A model generated the notes under the pieces. It searched no databases. It was not told the DNA's origin and saw nothing but the letters and a program-made list of their open reading frames with translations. This document shows, piece after piece, positions 28,491 to 39,325 of a stretch of 46,669 nt of DNA. The DNA is taken from positions 1 through 46,669 of the forward strand of contig JBBDMR010000169.1 of NCBI GenBank assembly GCA_040878225.1. Reading direction: 5' to 3'. Origin of the DNA: Acidimicrobiia bacterium (lineage in GTDB: Bacteria > Actinomycetota > Acidimicrobiia > Spongiisociales > ZC4RG35). Each line of letters opens with the position of its first letter. Positions within the stretch are counted from its first letter, which is position 1. The translations under genes were made by a program, and so were the position numbers.

Positions 28491-30661
28491 TGAGAGGCGG
28501 GGTCGTTGGCGAGCCGGAAGGCCGTGAATACTCCGTCGACGCCACGCAGATCGCTGAGCAAGCGGCCCAACTGGCTCGGGTCCGACAATTCGATCTCATA
28601 GCGAAGGATCGCCACCCGATCGTCACCGACGACCGTCGACGATGCTGTGATGTTCCCCCCGGTCTCGGTGACCATTGTGGTCACGTCGCGGAGCAGTTTG
28701 GTCCTGTCCAGGGCTTCCACCTGGATCCACACCACAAACGCCCCTTCGACCTCGACCGGCCAGCTCACCTCGACCGACCGCTCCCTGCGTTCGGCAAGGG
28801 CGCTCACATTGGTGCAGTCGGAGCGGTGGACCGAAACCCCACGTCCCACGGTCACATATCCGATGATCGGGTCTCCGGGGACCGGTGAGCAGCAGCGGGC
28901 CAGATGGATCAGCATGTCGTCCTGGCCTTCGACCACTACGTGGGCTGAAGGAGCGGTCGTCCGTTTGCGCGGGGCAAAGAGCGCGTCGGACACATCGGGT
29001 TCCGGCTTCAGGATCCGGAGCAGCCTCGTCTGGATCGAGTCGATTGAAACGTTGCCCTCACCGAGTGCCACCACCAGGGACTCAGAGTCCTGCTGGCCCA
29101 ACTCTTTGCCGATAGCGGTCAGGGTCTTCTCGCGTTCGACCACGGTCAGCTCGGGGGCCTCCCGGGCAAACAGGGCGTTGATCAGATCCCGGCCCTCAAT
29201 GGCCGCCTGGTCGCGCCGCTCCCTCTGGAACCAGTGCTTGATCTTCGACTTGGCCCGGCCGGTCCTGGCGAACTTGAGCCAATCGCGGCTCGGGCCGGCG
29301 TCCTTGGATTTCGAGGTGAGCACCTCGACGATGTCGCCAGACTGGAGTCTCGTGGACAGGGGCACCAGTCTCCCATTGACCCTGGCCCCGACACAGTGAT
29401 GACCGACCTCGGTGTGCACTGTGTAGGCGAAGTCGACAGGGGTAGCACCTTCCGGCAGAGACTTGACATCACCGCCTGGGGTGAGGACAAAGACTTCGTC
29501 GTGGTGGAGATCGAGCTTCAGGTTGGCGAGGAACTCCTCGGGATCCTCCTCAGCCATGAGTGAGTCGACATCGAAGCTCAGCATCGGAGCGTGTTCGCCC
29601 TCCTTGTAGCGCCAGTGCGCGGCAATTCCTGCCTCGGCCCGCCAGTGCATCTCCTCGGTGCGGATCTGAATCTCCAGCGGTTTGCCGTCGGGACCGATCA
29701 CAGTCGTGTGGAGAGACTGGTAGAGGTTGATCTTGGGCATCGCGATGTAGTCCTTGAAACGGCCGGCCACCGGCACCCAGTGGCTGTGGACGAGGCCAAG
29801 GGCGGCGTAGCAGTCGCGTGTCGATTCGACGACGATCCTGATCCCGATCAGATCGTGAATATCCTCGAACGGGCGGTTTTGCTCCTTCATCTTCCGGTAG
29901 ATCGAATAGTGGTGCTTGGGCCTGCCGGTGACCGACGAGTCGATATTGGAGTCAGCCAGAAGCCCCGAGATCTCGGTGACCATCTTCTCGATGAATGCCT
30001 CCCGCTCCGGGGCGAGGAGGGCAAGCTTGGCTTCGATCTCAGCCTGAGGGCCCGGATAGAGAATGGAGAAGCATCTATCTTCCAGTTCGTGCTTGATCTC
30101 CTGGACGCCGAGGCGATGGGCCAACGGGGCGTACACGTCGAGGGTTTCTCTGGCGACCCTGATCTGTTTCTCCTCGCGCAGGGCGTGAACAGTCCGGATG
30201 TTGTGAAGGCGGTCGAAAAGCTTGATGATCAGCACCCTGACGTCCTGGGCCATCGCCACGACCATCTTCCGGATCGTCGCCGCCTGGGCCTGTTCCCGGT
30301 TGGTGTAGCGAACCCGGTCGAGCTTGGTGACACCGTCGATCAGTGACGCGATTTCCGCACCGAACTCTTCCCTGATCATCTCCAGGGTTACATGGGTGTC
30401 CTCAACAGTGTCGTGGAGGAGAGCGGCTGCCAGGGTCGGGGCGTCCAGGCCCGTCTCGGCGAGCATCTTCGCCACCGCAAGCGGGTGGGTTATGTAGGGG
30501 GCCCCGGTCTTGCGCACCTGCCCCTGGTGTGCCTCTTCGGCCAGGTCATAGGCCCGCCGCAGCAGCTCGATGTCTCCGTCGGGGTGGTGGAGACGGAACG
30601 CATCGAGAACATCGACGAGCTGGACTGCAGTCTCGTCTTCAGTCGTAGCGTATGAGTGCAT
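28487..30661 (-). CDS. relA: Bifunctional (p)ppGpp synthetase/hydrolase Rel
   Basis: HD motif LLHDTVED, synthetase GRPKH/RFKD/YQSLHT/EIQIRT, TGS (TPVDFAY), ZFD (LARCCSPVPGD), ACT. Start uncertain (ATG 30661 or GTG 30673). Confidence 0.96.
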   Translation of the reverse strand: MHSYATTEDETAVQLVDVLDAFRLHHPDGDIELLRRAYDLAEEAHQGQVRKTGAPYITHPLAVAKMLAETGLDAPTLAAALLHDTVEDTHVTLEMIREEFGAEIASLIDGVTKLDRVRYTNREQAQAATIRKMVVAMAQDVRVLIIKLFDRLHNIRTVHALREEKQIRVARETLDVYAPLAHRLGVQEIKHELEDRCFSILYPGPQAEIEAKLALLAPEREAFIEKMVTEISGLLADSNIDSSVTGRPKHHYSIYRKMKEQNRPFEDIHDLIGIRIVVESTRDCYAALGLVHSHWVPVAGRFKDYIAMPKINLYQSLHTTVIGPDGKPLEIQIRTEEMHWRAEAGIAAHWRYKEGEHAPMLSFDVDSLMAEEDPEEFLANLKLDLHHDEVFVLTPGGDVKSLPEGATPVDFAYTVHTEVGHHCVGARVNGRLVPLSTRLQSGDIVEVLTSKSKDAGPSRDWLKFARTGRAKSKIKHWFQRERRDQAAIEGRDLINALFAREAPELTVVEREKTLTAIGKELGQQDSESLVVALGEGNVSIDSIQTRLLRILKPEPDVSDALFAPRKRTTAPSAHVVVEGQDDMLIHLARCCSPVPGDPIIGYVTVGRGVSVHRSDCTNVSALAERRERSVEVSWPVEVEGAFVVWIQVEALDRTKLLRDVTTMVTETGGNITASSTVVGDDRVAILRYEIELSDPSQLGRLLSDLRGVDGVFTAFRLANDPASQ

Positions 30662-31157
30662 GTATGGGGACACCGTCTAGTTGCTCGGAGCCGTTCAGAA
30701 AGGTGAGCTCGATGAAGACCGAAATGCCAACAACGTGGGCCCCGAGCCGGCGGAGTAGCCTCACTGCGGCGGCCGCGGTGCCACCGGTGGCGATCACGTC
30801 GTCGACCACGAGAACCTTCTCGCCCTCTACCGCAGCATCGGTGTGGATCTCGAGGGCATCGATCCCGTATTCGAGCTCGTAGTCCTCGCGGACCGTCTCG
30901 TACGGGAGTTTTCCGGGCTTGCGGATGGGGATAAACCCTGCTCCCAGCCTCTCCGCGACGGGTGTCGCCAGAGTGAAGCCACGGGCCTCGATTCCCGCCA
31001 CCTTGGTGATGCCCATTCCCTGAAACGGGTCGGCCAGGGCGGTGATCAGCTCGCTGAAGGCGTCCCCATCGGCGAGAACGGGTGTGATGTCTTTGAAGAC
31101 CACACCTTTCTCGGGGAAATCGGGGATGTCACGAATGAGGGAACTGAATCTTTCCAC
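30639..31157 (-). CDS. apt: Adenine phosphoribosyltransferase
   Basis: IPDFPEKGVVFKDITP, EARGF, RKPGKLP, VDDVIATGGT. Start GTG 31157 sits 6 nt after -10 TAGACT. Confidence 0.97.
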   Translation of the reverse strand: MERFSSLIRDIPDFPEKGVVFKDITPVLADGDAFSELITALADPFQGMGITKVAGIEARGFTLATPVAERLGAGFIPIRKPGKLPYETVREDYELEYGIDALEIHTDAAVEGEKVLVVDDVIATGGTAAAAVRLLRRLGAHVVGISVFIELTFLNGSEQLDGVPIHALIRYD

Positions 31158-31294
31158 GCACACAGTCTAAAGCTGCTCAGGGGCCGTGCGAGGCGTTGTC
31201 AACCGGTCAATCGCATACCGGGCGAGCGAAGTGGCGTCACCGGACGATGCCGATAGTATGGTGCGGTCCCCACGGGAGCTCTGAAGGGAGCCAA

Positions 31295-33592
31295 ATGCTC
31301 AAAGTGTCCCGCTGGCGCCTCTTCTGGACCGTGCTTTCCATTGGTGCCGCGATCTATGTCGTCTCGACCATGCCGATCAAGCTCGGCCTCGATCTGAGGG
31401 GTGGCACGCAGATTCTCCTGGAGGCCCAGGACACGCCGGAGGTGACCGTCGACGAAGATGTCACCAATCGCACCCTCGAGGTCTTACGACGACGCGTCGA
31501 TGAGTTCGGCGTTGCCGAGCCGACCCTCCAGATCGCCGGGGACCGTCGCATCATCATCGAGCTTCCCGGCGTGGATGACCCGGACGAGGCGTTGGAGACG
31601 ATCGGCCGCACAGCACAGCTGACCTTCCACCCGGTGCTCGACGCAATTACGTCCGGCCAGACTCCACCCGACGACCTTCCGGAAGGGGCGACAGTGCTGC
31701 CCGGCGACCCCGGCGAGGACCTGGTTCTCGGGCCTGCGGCGGTCATAGGTGATCAGGTTGAGGTCGCATCTGCCATCTTCGATAGTCAGGGAAGCGCTGA
31801 ATGGGTCGTGTCGATCCAATTCCACGCCGAAGGGAACCAGGCGTGGGCGGCACTGACCGCTGAGTCGGCTTGTTTTGATCCAGGCGATCCGAGGCGCCGC
31901 ATTGCAATCGTGCTCGACTCCCAGGTGCTCTCCAGCCCCGGAGTCTCCACATCGGTCCCCTGTGACATCGGAATCACCGGCGGAGCCACCCAGGTGACCG
32001 GAAACTTCGACGAGGAGGAGGCGACCGAGCTCGCCTTGCTGATCAGGGCCGGCGCCCTCCCCGTCCCGGTGGAAGTGATCGAGCGGGGCACGATCGGCCC
32101 GTCCCTCGGACAGGCAGCCATCGACGCCAGCATGCAGGCGGCCCTGATCGGAGCCAGTCTCACCATCCTCTACATGTTGGTCTATTACCGGATGATGGGG
32201 CTCGCGGCGGCGATCTCCCTTCTCACTTACGGGCTGATCTCCTACGCCGCCCTGATCGCGATCGGGGCAACCCTGACACTCCCGGGAATCGCCGGTTTTG
32301 TCCTCGCAATCGGGATGGCGGTCGATGCAAATGTGCTCGTCTATGAACGCGCCAAAGAGGAGTACAGATCCGAACCTGATTTGGGTGGCTCGATCGTTGC
32401 GGGATTCCAGCGCGCCTGGTCTGCGATCGCAGACGCCAACGTGACCACATTGTTGGCGGCGATGCTCCTCTTCTTCTTCGCCGCAGGTGCGGTGAAGGGG
32501 TTCGGCGTCACCGTCATGATTGGTGTTGTGGTCTCGATGTTCTCCGCCCTCGTCGTGACCAGGGTGATTCTCGAGGTACTAGCGAGTATCCCGGCCCTTC
32601 AGAACCGCCCGGCGTTGATGGGTATGAGCACCGGCGAGCGACTCCACAACTGGCTCTGGACTTCAGGCATCAACCTGTTCGCCAAACCGCGCCGTTGGTT
32701 GCTGATTTCGGCGCTGGCTGTTCTATTCGCAATCGCCGGTCCCATCGTTCAAGGGATCAACTTCGGCCTGGAGTTCCTCGGTGGCAGCTTGCTGGAATTC
32801 TCGGTTACCGAGTCAGTCGATCTCGAACAGCTGCGGTCCGATCTCGCCGATGAAGGGCTCTCCGGAGCGCTGGTTCAGGAATCCGGCGAAGGAAATGTCA
32901 TGGTCCGGACCGAAGAACTCGACGCTGACGGCCGACAGACTGTCGAAGCTACCGTCGCAATTCAGGGCGGAGACGTGCTGCTTGTCCGGGATCAGTTCGT
33001 CGGTCCGACACTCGGCGAGGAGATCCGGAACCGGGCTCTGATTGCTCTGGGCCTCGCCCTCCTCCTCCAGATGGTCTACCTGGGCATCCGTTTCCGTTGG
33101 ACAGTCGGAGTGTCAGCGATGCTGTCGATGTTCCACGACGTCGCGATCGTGATCGGCGTGTTTGCCTGGCTTGGCCGGACCCTGGACGGGGTTTTCCTGG
33201 CCGCGATCCTCACCGTGATCGGCTATTCGATCAACGACTCGGTGGTCATCTTCGACAGGATTCGGGAGGAGGTCAAGGAGCGACCCGGAGATCCTTACGC
33301 CGTCATCGCCAACGATGCCTGTCTTCACACGGTTCCCAGGACCATAAATACCGGACTGGGAGCGATGATGATCCTCGTTGCGCTATACGTTCTTGGCGGC
33401 GACACCCTGGCAGACTTTGCCCTGGCCCTGCTCATCGGGTTGGTCATCGGGACCTATTCCTCGGTATTCACCGCGACACCGATCGCGATCTTCCTCGAAG
33501 AGCGTTACCCGGCACCGGAGCCCGAACCTCAGAAGCCGGAGCACCCTCTCTCCAAGCAGAAGAAGACCGCCCCGAAGCGCATCTTCGACTGA
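31295..33592 (+). CDS. secDF: Fused protein translocase subunit SecDF
   Basis: LGLDLRGG, AIVLD, GALPVP, IGMAVDANVLVYER (SecD half); FGLEFLGG, VGPTLG, GYSINDSVVIFDRIRE (SecF half). SD GGGAG before ATG 31295; -10-like TAGTAT at 31254-31259. Confidence 0.96.
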   Translation: MLKVSRWRLFWTVLSIGAAIYVVSTMPIKLGLDLRGGTQILLEAQDTPEVTVDEDVTNRTLEVLRRRVDEFGVAEPTLQIAGDRRIIIELPGVDDPDEALETIGRTAQLTFHPVLDAITSGQTPPDDLPEGATVLPGDPGEDLVLGPAAVIGDQVEVASAIFDSQGSAEWVVSIQFHAEGNQAWAALTAESACFDPGDPRRRIAIVLDSQVLSSPGVSTSVPCDIGITGGATQVTGNFDEEEATELALLIRAGALPVPVEVIERGTIGPSLGQAAIDASMQAALIGASLTILYMLVYYRMMGLAAAISLLTYGLISYAALIAIGATLTLPGIAGFVLAIGMAVDANVLVYERAKEEYRSEPDLGGSIVAGFQRAWSAIADANVTTLLAAMLLFFFAAGAVKGFGVTVMIGVVVSMFSALVVTRVILEVLASIPALQNRPALMGMSTGERLHNWLWTSGINLFAKPRRWLLISALAVLFAIAGPIVQGINFGLEFLGGSLLEFSVTESVDLEQLRSDLADEGLSGALVQESGEGNVMVRTEELDADGRQTVEATVAIQGGDVLLVRDQFVGPTLGEEIRNRALIALGLALLLQMVYLGIRFRWTVGVSAMLSMFHDVAIVIGVFAWLGRTLDGVFLAAILTVIGYSINDSVVIFDRIREEVKERPGDPYAVIANDACLHTVPRTINTGLGAMMILVALYVLGGDTLADFALALLIGLVIGTYSSVFTATPIAIFLEERYPAPEPEPQKPEHPLSKQKKTAPKRIFD

Positions 33593-33621
33593 CGCCGGGC
33601 CGGCCCGACGCCCCAGGCGAT

Positions 33622-33927
33622 TCAGACGGCTTCGTTGTCGCCGGCCTTGGCGCCCACGGCACGGCGGGCAACTCTGATCTGTCCCTGCTCGACTTCGAGC
33701 AGCACCGACTCTTCGTCGATGGTCAGGATGCGGCCATGGATACCGCCGATGGTTCTCACGTCGTCACCGATCTCGAGCGACGCAGACAAATCCTGTTGTG
33801 CTTTCTGACGCTGCCGCTGGGGGCGGATTATGAAGAAATAGAAGACGGCAATCATCAGGCCGAGGAAGATGAGCGTGGTCATTCCCCCGCCTGTAGCCTC
33901 CTCTTGGGCAAGTACGAAATTGGTCAC
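33622..33927 (-). CDS. yajC: Preprotein translocase subunit YajC
   Basis: TM helix then FFIIRPQRQRQK, GDDVRTIGGIHGRI; SD GGAGG before GTG 33927. Confidence 0.95.
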   Translation of the reverse strand: MTNFVLAQEEATGGGMTTLIFLGLMIAVFYFFIIRPQRQRQKAQQDLSASLEIGDDVRTIGGIHGRILTIDEESVLLEVEQGQIRVARRAVGAKAGDNEAV

Positions 33928-33978
33928 GAAGCCTCCGGAAATAGGGATCGACAAGGAAGATTAGGCAACGAGATGCCT

Positions 33979-35109
<1,131 letters not shown>

Positions 35110-35113
35110 CTAC

Positions 35114-36130
35114 TCAGTCGAGCAGCGAACCCTGGATATTCGCCGGCACGTCGACACCGAGGTGGGCGTATGCGTTTGCCGTGGCCACTCGTCCCCTCGG
35201 GGTGCGGTTCAGCATCCCGATCTGGAGGAGGAACGGCTCGTAGGCGTCTTCAACCGTCTCCGGCTCCTCGCCCACGGCAACGGCGAGCGTGGAGAGGCCC
35301 ACCGGGCCGCCCCCGAACTTGTGCACGACCGCGTCGAGGATCGATCTGTCCACCTTGTCGAGGCCAAGCTCGTCGACCTCGAACACGCGCAGGGCCTGCT
35401 CGGCGACGTCTGCGTCGATGGTCCCATCGGCGCGGGCGACCGCGTAGTCGCGAACCCGGGCCAGCAGTCTGTTGGCGATACGTGGCGTCGACCGGCTCCG
35501 CCTCGAGATCACAGCGGCGGCGTCGGGCCCGATGTCAAACCCGATGATCGAAGCGGATCGGGTGATGATGGAAGCCAGTTCTTCGTCGGTGTAATAGTCG
35601 AGCTTCTCCTCGATGCCGAACCTGTCGCGCAGCGGGGCGGTCACCTTTCCTTTGCGAGTGGTCGCTCCAACCAGAGTGAAGCGGGGAAGGTCGATCCGGA
35701 TCGATTGCGCCGTAGGCCCTTTCCCGAGGACGATGTCGAGCTGGAAGTCTTCCATTGCCGGGTAGAGCACTTCCTCGACAGCGCGGGGAAGCCTGTGGAT
35801 CTCGTCGATGAAGAAAACGTCTCCCGGTTGGAGGTTGCTCAGGATCGCAGCCAGATCGCCGGGCCGTTCCAATGCCGCGCCGGAGGTGATCCGGAACGCA
35901 ACGCCCAGTTCGGCGGCGATGACCCCGGCCAGAGTCGTCTTTCCCAGCCCTGGCGGGCCGGAGAACATGACATGGTCGAGCGCCCGCTCCTCTTCGCTGG
36001 CGGCTTCGATTGAGATCCGGAGCCGCTCCTTGATGCTTTCCTGGCCAACGAACTCATCCAGCCGGCGGGGGCGGAGACTGATCTCCTCCTCGGTGGCGAC
36101 TGCCGGGTTGAGCAGACTCTCCTCGTTCAC
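35114..36130 (-). CDS. ruvB: Holliday junction branch migration helicase RuvB
   Basis: [40 protein letters not shown]. Confidence 0.98.
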   Translation of the reverse strand: MNEESLLNPAVATEEEISLRPRRLDEFVGQESIKERLRISIEAASEEERALDHVMFSGPPGLGKTTLAGVIAAELGVAFRITSGAALERPGDLAAILSNLQPGDVFFIDEIHRLPRAVEEVLYPAMEDFQLDIVLGKGPTAQSIRIDLPRFTLVGATTRKGKVTAPLRDRFGIEEKLDYYTDEELASIITRSASIIGFDIGPDAAAVISRRSRSTPRIANRLLARVRDYAVARADGTIDADVAEQALRVFEVDELGLDKVDRSILDAVVHKFGGGPVGLSTLAVAVGEEPETVEDAYEPFLLQIGMLNRTPRGRVATANAYAHLGVDVPANIQGSLLD

Positions 36131-36132
36131 TG

Positions 36133-36702
36133 CTATCGCCCCCCAAGAGTGCGGAGCGCCTCGCGCACCTGGGTTTCCACCGATTCGGTCGGGTCGATCT
36201 TCCCGATTACCGAATTGATCTCTTCGGTCGAGTACCCGAGCGTCTCCAGGGCCGCCCGCACCGAAGCGGAGCCGGACGCTTGCAACACGTCAGCGTCTTT
36301 GCCGGCCAGTTTGGGTGCGAGCTCGAGGACGATCCGCTGCGCGCCACGTTTGCCGATGCCCGGCACCACCGTGAGGGCATCGGAGTCTTCGGCTGCGATC
36401 GAGCGGATGATGTCCTGGGGCGACATCGTGCCCAGCATCGCCATCGCCACCTTGGTGCCGACGCCGGAAGCACCGAGGAGGACCCGGTACAGGTCGCGCT
36501 CGTGCTCGTTGTCGAAACCGAAGAGACTGATCTCCTCTTCCCGGACGTGGGTGTGGGTGTGGACCACTACTTCTTCTCCGATACCGGGTAGCGAGACCAG
36601 GCCGCGCGGGGTCATGTTGACCTCGTAGCCAACCCCGCCAACCTCGATGCAGACCCCGCCTTCGAACGTGGAGACGAGGATCCCCCGCAGCCGGCCGATC
36701 AT
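36133..36702 (-). CDS. ruvA: Holliday junction branch migration protein RuvA
   Basis: MIGRLRG, GGVGYEV, LFGF, HhH motifs SGVGTK and PGIGKR, ALETLGY. ATG 36702 overlaps the ruvC stop (ATGA). Confidence 0.96.
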   Translation of the reverse strand: MIGRLRGILVSTFEGGVCIEVGGVGYEVNMTPRGLVSLPGIGEEVVVHTHTHVREEEISLFGFDNEHERDLYRVLLGASGVGTKVAMAMLGTMSPQDIIRSIAAEDSDALTVVPGIGKRGAQRIVLELAPKLAGKDADVLQASGSASVRAALETLGYSTEEINSVIGKIDPTESVETQVREALRTLGGR

Positions 36703-37184
36703 CGCCGTGCCTCCAGGAGTGGCGCAGCACGAAGGTGGCACAGGGCGATGGCGAGTGCATCTGCGACATCGGGGGGTTTCGGCACCTCAGCCAGATTGAG
36801 CAATCGGGTGACCATCTGCTGTACCTGTTTCTTGTTGGCGGTACCGCTGCCGGTCACCCCGCGCTTTACCGCTGTCGGCACGTATTCGTGGACGGCCAAG
36901 CCGTGCCGGGCGGCAGCGAGCATCACAACTCCCGAGGCGCGGCCCACCGAAATTGCGGTCTGCAGGTTTTGGTTGGTGAACACCGACTCGATAGCGACGG
37001 CATCGGGTTTGGCATCGGCGATCAGACCGACCAGGCCTTCGTAGAGCTCGTTGAGCCTCACTTCGGTCGTTGCCTCCCGGTCGGTGCGGATGACACCGGC
37101 GCGTTTGGCTGTGGGCGGGAAGGTGTCTTCGACCACTCCGTACCCGAGAGTGGAGAGACCAGGGTCAATACCTAAAACGAACAT
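36699..37184 (-). CDS. ruvC: Crossover junction endodeoxyribonuclease RuvC
   Basis: LGIDPG, AIESVF, VKRGVTGSGTANKKQV, DVADALAIALCH. Confidence 0.97.
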   Translation of the reverse strand: MFVLGIDPGLSTLGYGVVEDTFPPTAKRAGVIRTDREATTEVRLNELYEGLVGLIADAKPDAVAIESVFTNQNLQTAISVGRASGVVMLAAARHGLAVHEYVPTAVKRGVTGSGTANKKQVQQMVTRLLNLAEVPKPPDVADALAIALCHLRAAPLLEARR

Positions 37185-37191
37185 GTGTTCT
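37178..37191. promoter_or_regulatory. LexA (SOS) box overlapping the ruvC start codon
   Basis: CGAAC-ATGT-GTTCT matches the Gram-positive GAAC-N4-GTTC consensus; -10-like TATCGT at 37200-37195 on the minus strand. Confidence 0.85.
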
Positions 37192-37275
37192 ACGACGATA
37201 CAGGGTGTCGGGTGACTTCACGCGGCATGTCGCCAACCTATCGCTCCGCCGTGGGAGCTTGAAGACCTGCAGATC

Positions 37276-38691
37276 TCACACGAGCTGGAAGCGAACCTGG
37301 CGACCGGCCACGGATGCCTCGTCTACCCGCACCAGAACCAGATCACCGAGATCAAGGCCCTCGCCTTCGACGATCGAGAGGATCGCTGGGTCGCCGAGTT
37401 GGACTTCGCCGCGGTTCCTCTTGTCGTCGGTCTCCACAACAACACCGGGGAAGACCTCCCCGACACGGGTCGACATCAACGCGGCTTCTATCAGGTTCAC
37501 GCATTCTGCTTCGTACTGGCCTGCCCTGGTGGCGCTTCGTGCCATGGTCTCCGGAAGCAGCGGGAGCGCTTCGACAACCGAATCGGGAACCTCAACTCCG
37601 GCGGCGATGGCCAGACATGCTTCACCGGCGTAGCGGTCGACAAGACGGCGCAACGGTGCCGTGGAATGTGCGTAGACGGTGGCGAGCGCCGCATGGGGCA
37701 GCGGGTCCTCCGTTCCGGAGATCGCCTGATATCCAGCTCCCGCGAAAAGTGAGGTCGCCTCGGCCTGAAACGCTGCATGGGCAGGGATGCGGGGGTCGAG
37801 ACTCCGGATCAACTCGGGATAGCCCACCGACCCCGGCCAGGCAATCTCGAGTCCTTGTGCAATCCGTCGCAAACGTTCCATCCGGCGGGGGTCGGCAACC
37901 GGAAGGGTGCGCAGGATCCCGATGCCTGCGTCGACCATCATCCTGGCGGCGAAGATCCCGGTGAGCAGGGAAAGCTGGGCGTTCCAAGCCTCAACCGGTA
38001 GGGGCGCCCGGAAGAGGAGACCCCAACCTCCGTCCCGCTTGACCACGAGCTGTTCGGGGATATTGAGGCTGACCGCACCCCGCTCCCGTTCCAGGAGCTT
38101 TCGCAGTCGCCCGATCTCGGGCAACAGCCGAAGCGAACCGGAGGCTGCCCCGGAGTCGACCTGGCGCTGCACCTCCTCATATGTGAGCTGGATCCGGTTC
38201 CGCACCATGGCCCGCTCGACCCGGCCAGCTTCAATCTCGCCGCGTTCGTCGAGGTCGATCTCCCAGAGAATCGCCGGCCGGTCTCGGTCGGGTAACAGGC
38301 TGGCCCGGCCCTCGGACAGCTCTTCGGGATAGAGCGGAGTCCGGACGTCCGGGGCATAGAGGGTCTGGCCCCGCTCCCACGCCTCGGCCTCAATCGCACT
38401 CCCCGAGAGCACGAAGGCACCGACGTCGGCGATGGCGTACCGAACGCTGTAGCCGCCGGGGCGGCGGCTGAGGTGCAATGCCTGATCGAGATCGCGGGAC
38501 CCGGGGGGGTCGATGGTGACGAAAGGGATGTCGCTCAGGTCGCGTTCGGGTAGCGAGGGTTCGAATTCCTGGACCTCGGCCAGGACCTCGGGGCTGAACC
38601 GTTCGGGAATCTGCCTTTCCTCACGGATCTCTTCCAGGCCTGCTTCGACGACAGCGTCCGGGGCGGTGAATCTGAGCTGACGGAGGGGCAT
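37276..38691 (-). CDS. RNB-domain (RNase II/R family) exoribonuclease, short form without N-terminal CSDs
   Basis: FVTIDPPGSRDLDQA, AIADV, RGQTLY, SLLP..DR, YAHSTAPLRRLVDR. Confidence 0.9.
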   Translation of the reverse strand: MPLRQLRFTAPDAVVEAGLEEIREERQIPERFSPEVLAEVQEFEPSLPERDLSDIPFVTIDPPGSRDLDQALHLSRRPGGYSVRYAIADVGAFVLSGSAIEAEAWERGQTLYAPDVRTPLYPEELSEGRASLLPDRDRPAILWEIDLDERGEIEAGRVERAMVRNRIQLTYEEVQRQVDSGAASGSLRLLPEIGRLRKLLERERGAVSLNIPEQLVVKRDGGWGLLFRAPLPVEAWNAQLSLLTGIFAARMMVDAGIGILRTLPVADPRRMERLRRIAQGLEIAWPGSVGYPELIRSLDPRIPAHAAFQAEATSLFAGAGYQAISGTEDPLPHAALATVYAHSTAPLRRLVDRYAGEACLAIAAGVEVPDSVVEALPLLPETMARSATRAGQYEAECVNLIEAALMSTRVGEVFPGVVVETDDKRNRGEVQLGDPAILSIVEGEGLDLGDLVLVRVDEASVAGRQVRFQLV

Positions 38692-38745
38692 CGTCGGATG
38701 GTAAGGGTGCCGGTGGCTTGTGTGACTTCACGTATCGTGACGACG

Positions 38746-39297
38746 ATGAGCGAAGCCGACCGCCGCGACTGGGACCGGCGTTACGTCGAGGGCGAGATGG
38801 CACCGTTGGAGGAGTCCGGCCCTCCTCCCGTCTTCGCCGATCACAAGCACCTCTTCCCCACAACCGGAGACGCCCTCGAGCTGGCGTGCGGACGGGGGCG
38901 TGGCGCGGTGTGGCTTGCCGGCCGCGGACTCAACTATCTGGGGGTCGACGTCTCCCCTGTCGCCATCGACCTCGCCAGGAAGCTTGTGGCCCACCACGGC
39001 CTCACCGAAAGCTGCCGCTTCGACGTCCACGACCTCGACAATGGCCTTCCCGACGGCCCGCAGGTCGACCTCGTCTTCTGCTACCTGTTCCGTGACCCAA
39101 CACTTGACAGAGCCATCGTCGAGAGGATCAGACCCGGGGGAATCCTGGCAACTGCTGCCCTCAGCGAGGTCGGTGCCAAACCGGGCCGGTTCCGGGCCAA
39201 ACCCGGTGAGCTACGAGAGGCTTACTCGAGCCTGGAGATCGTTGTGGACGGTGAAGGCGAAGGGATCGCATGGTTGATCGGGAGACGACTGGAGTGA
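38746..39297 (+). CDS. Class I SAM-dependent methyltransferase (TehB-like)
   Basis: WDRRY, ALELACGRGRG, GVDVS; start set at ATG 38746, 7 nt after -10 TATCGT. Confidence 0.88.
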   Translation: MSEADRRDWDRRYVEGEMAPLEESGPPPVFADHKHLFPTTGDALELACGRGRGAVWLAGRGLNYLGVDVSPVAIDLARKLVAHHGLTESCRFDVHDLDNGLPDGPQVDLVFCYLFRDPTLDRAIVERIRPGGILATAALSEVGAKPGRFRAKPGELREAYSSLEIVVDGEGEGIAWLIGRRLE

Positions 39298-39325
39298 AAG
39301 TGTTTCCGGGCTATAGGTGGGGAAG

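Noticed and set aside
37201-37217. PafBC (RecA-NDp) motif at the ruvC promoter
   Set aside because: Best match is AGTC with 13-nt spacing to the -10 rather than TGTC with 12; not supportable.
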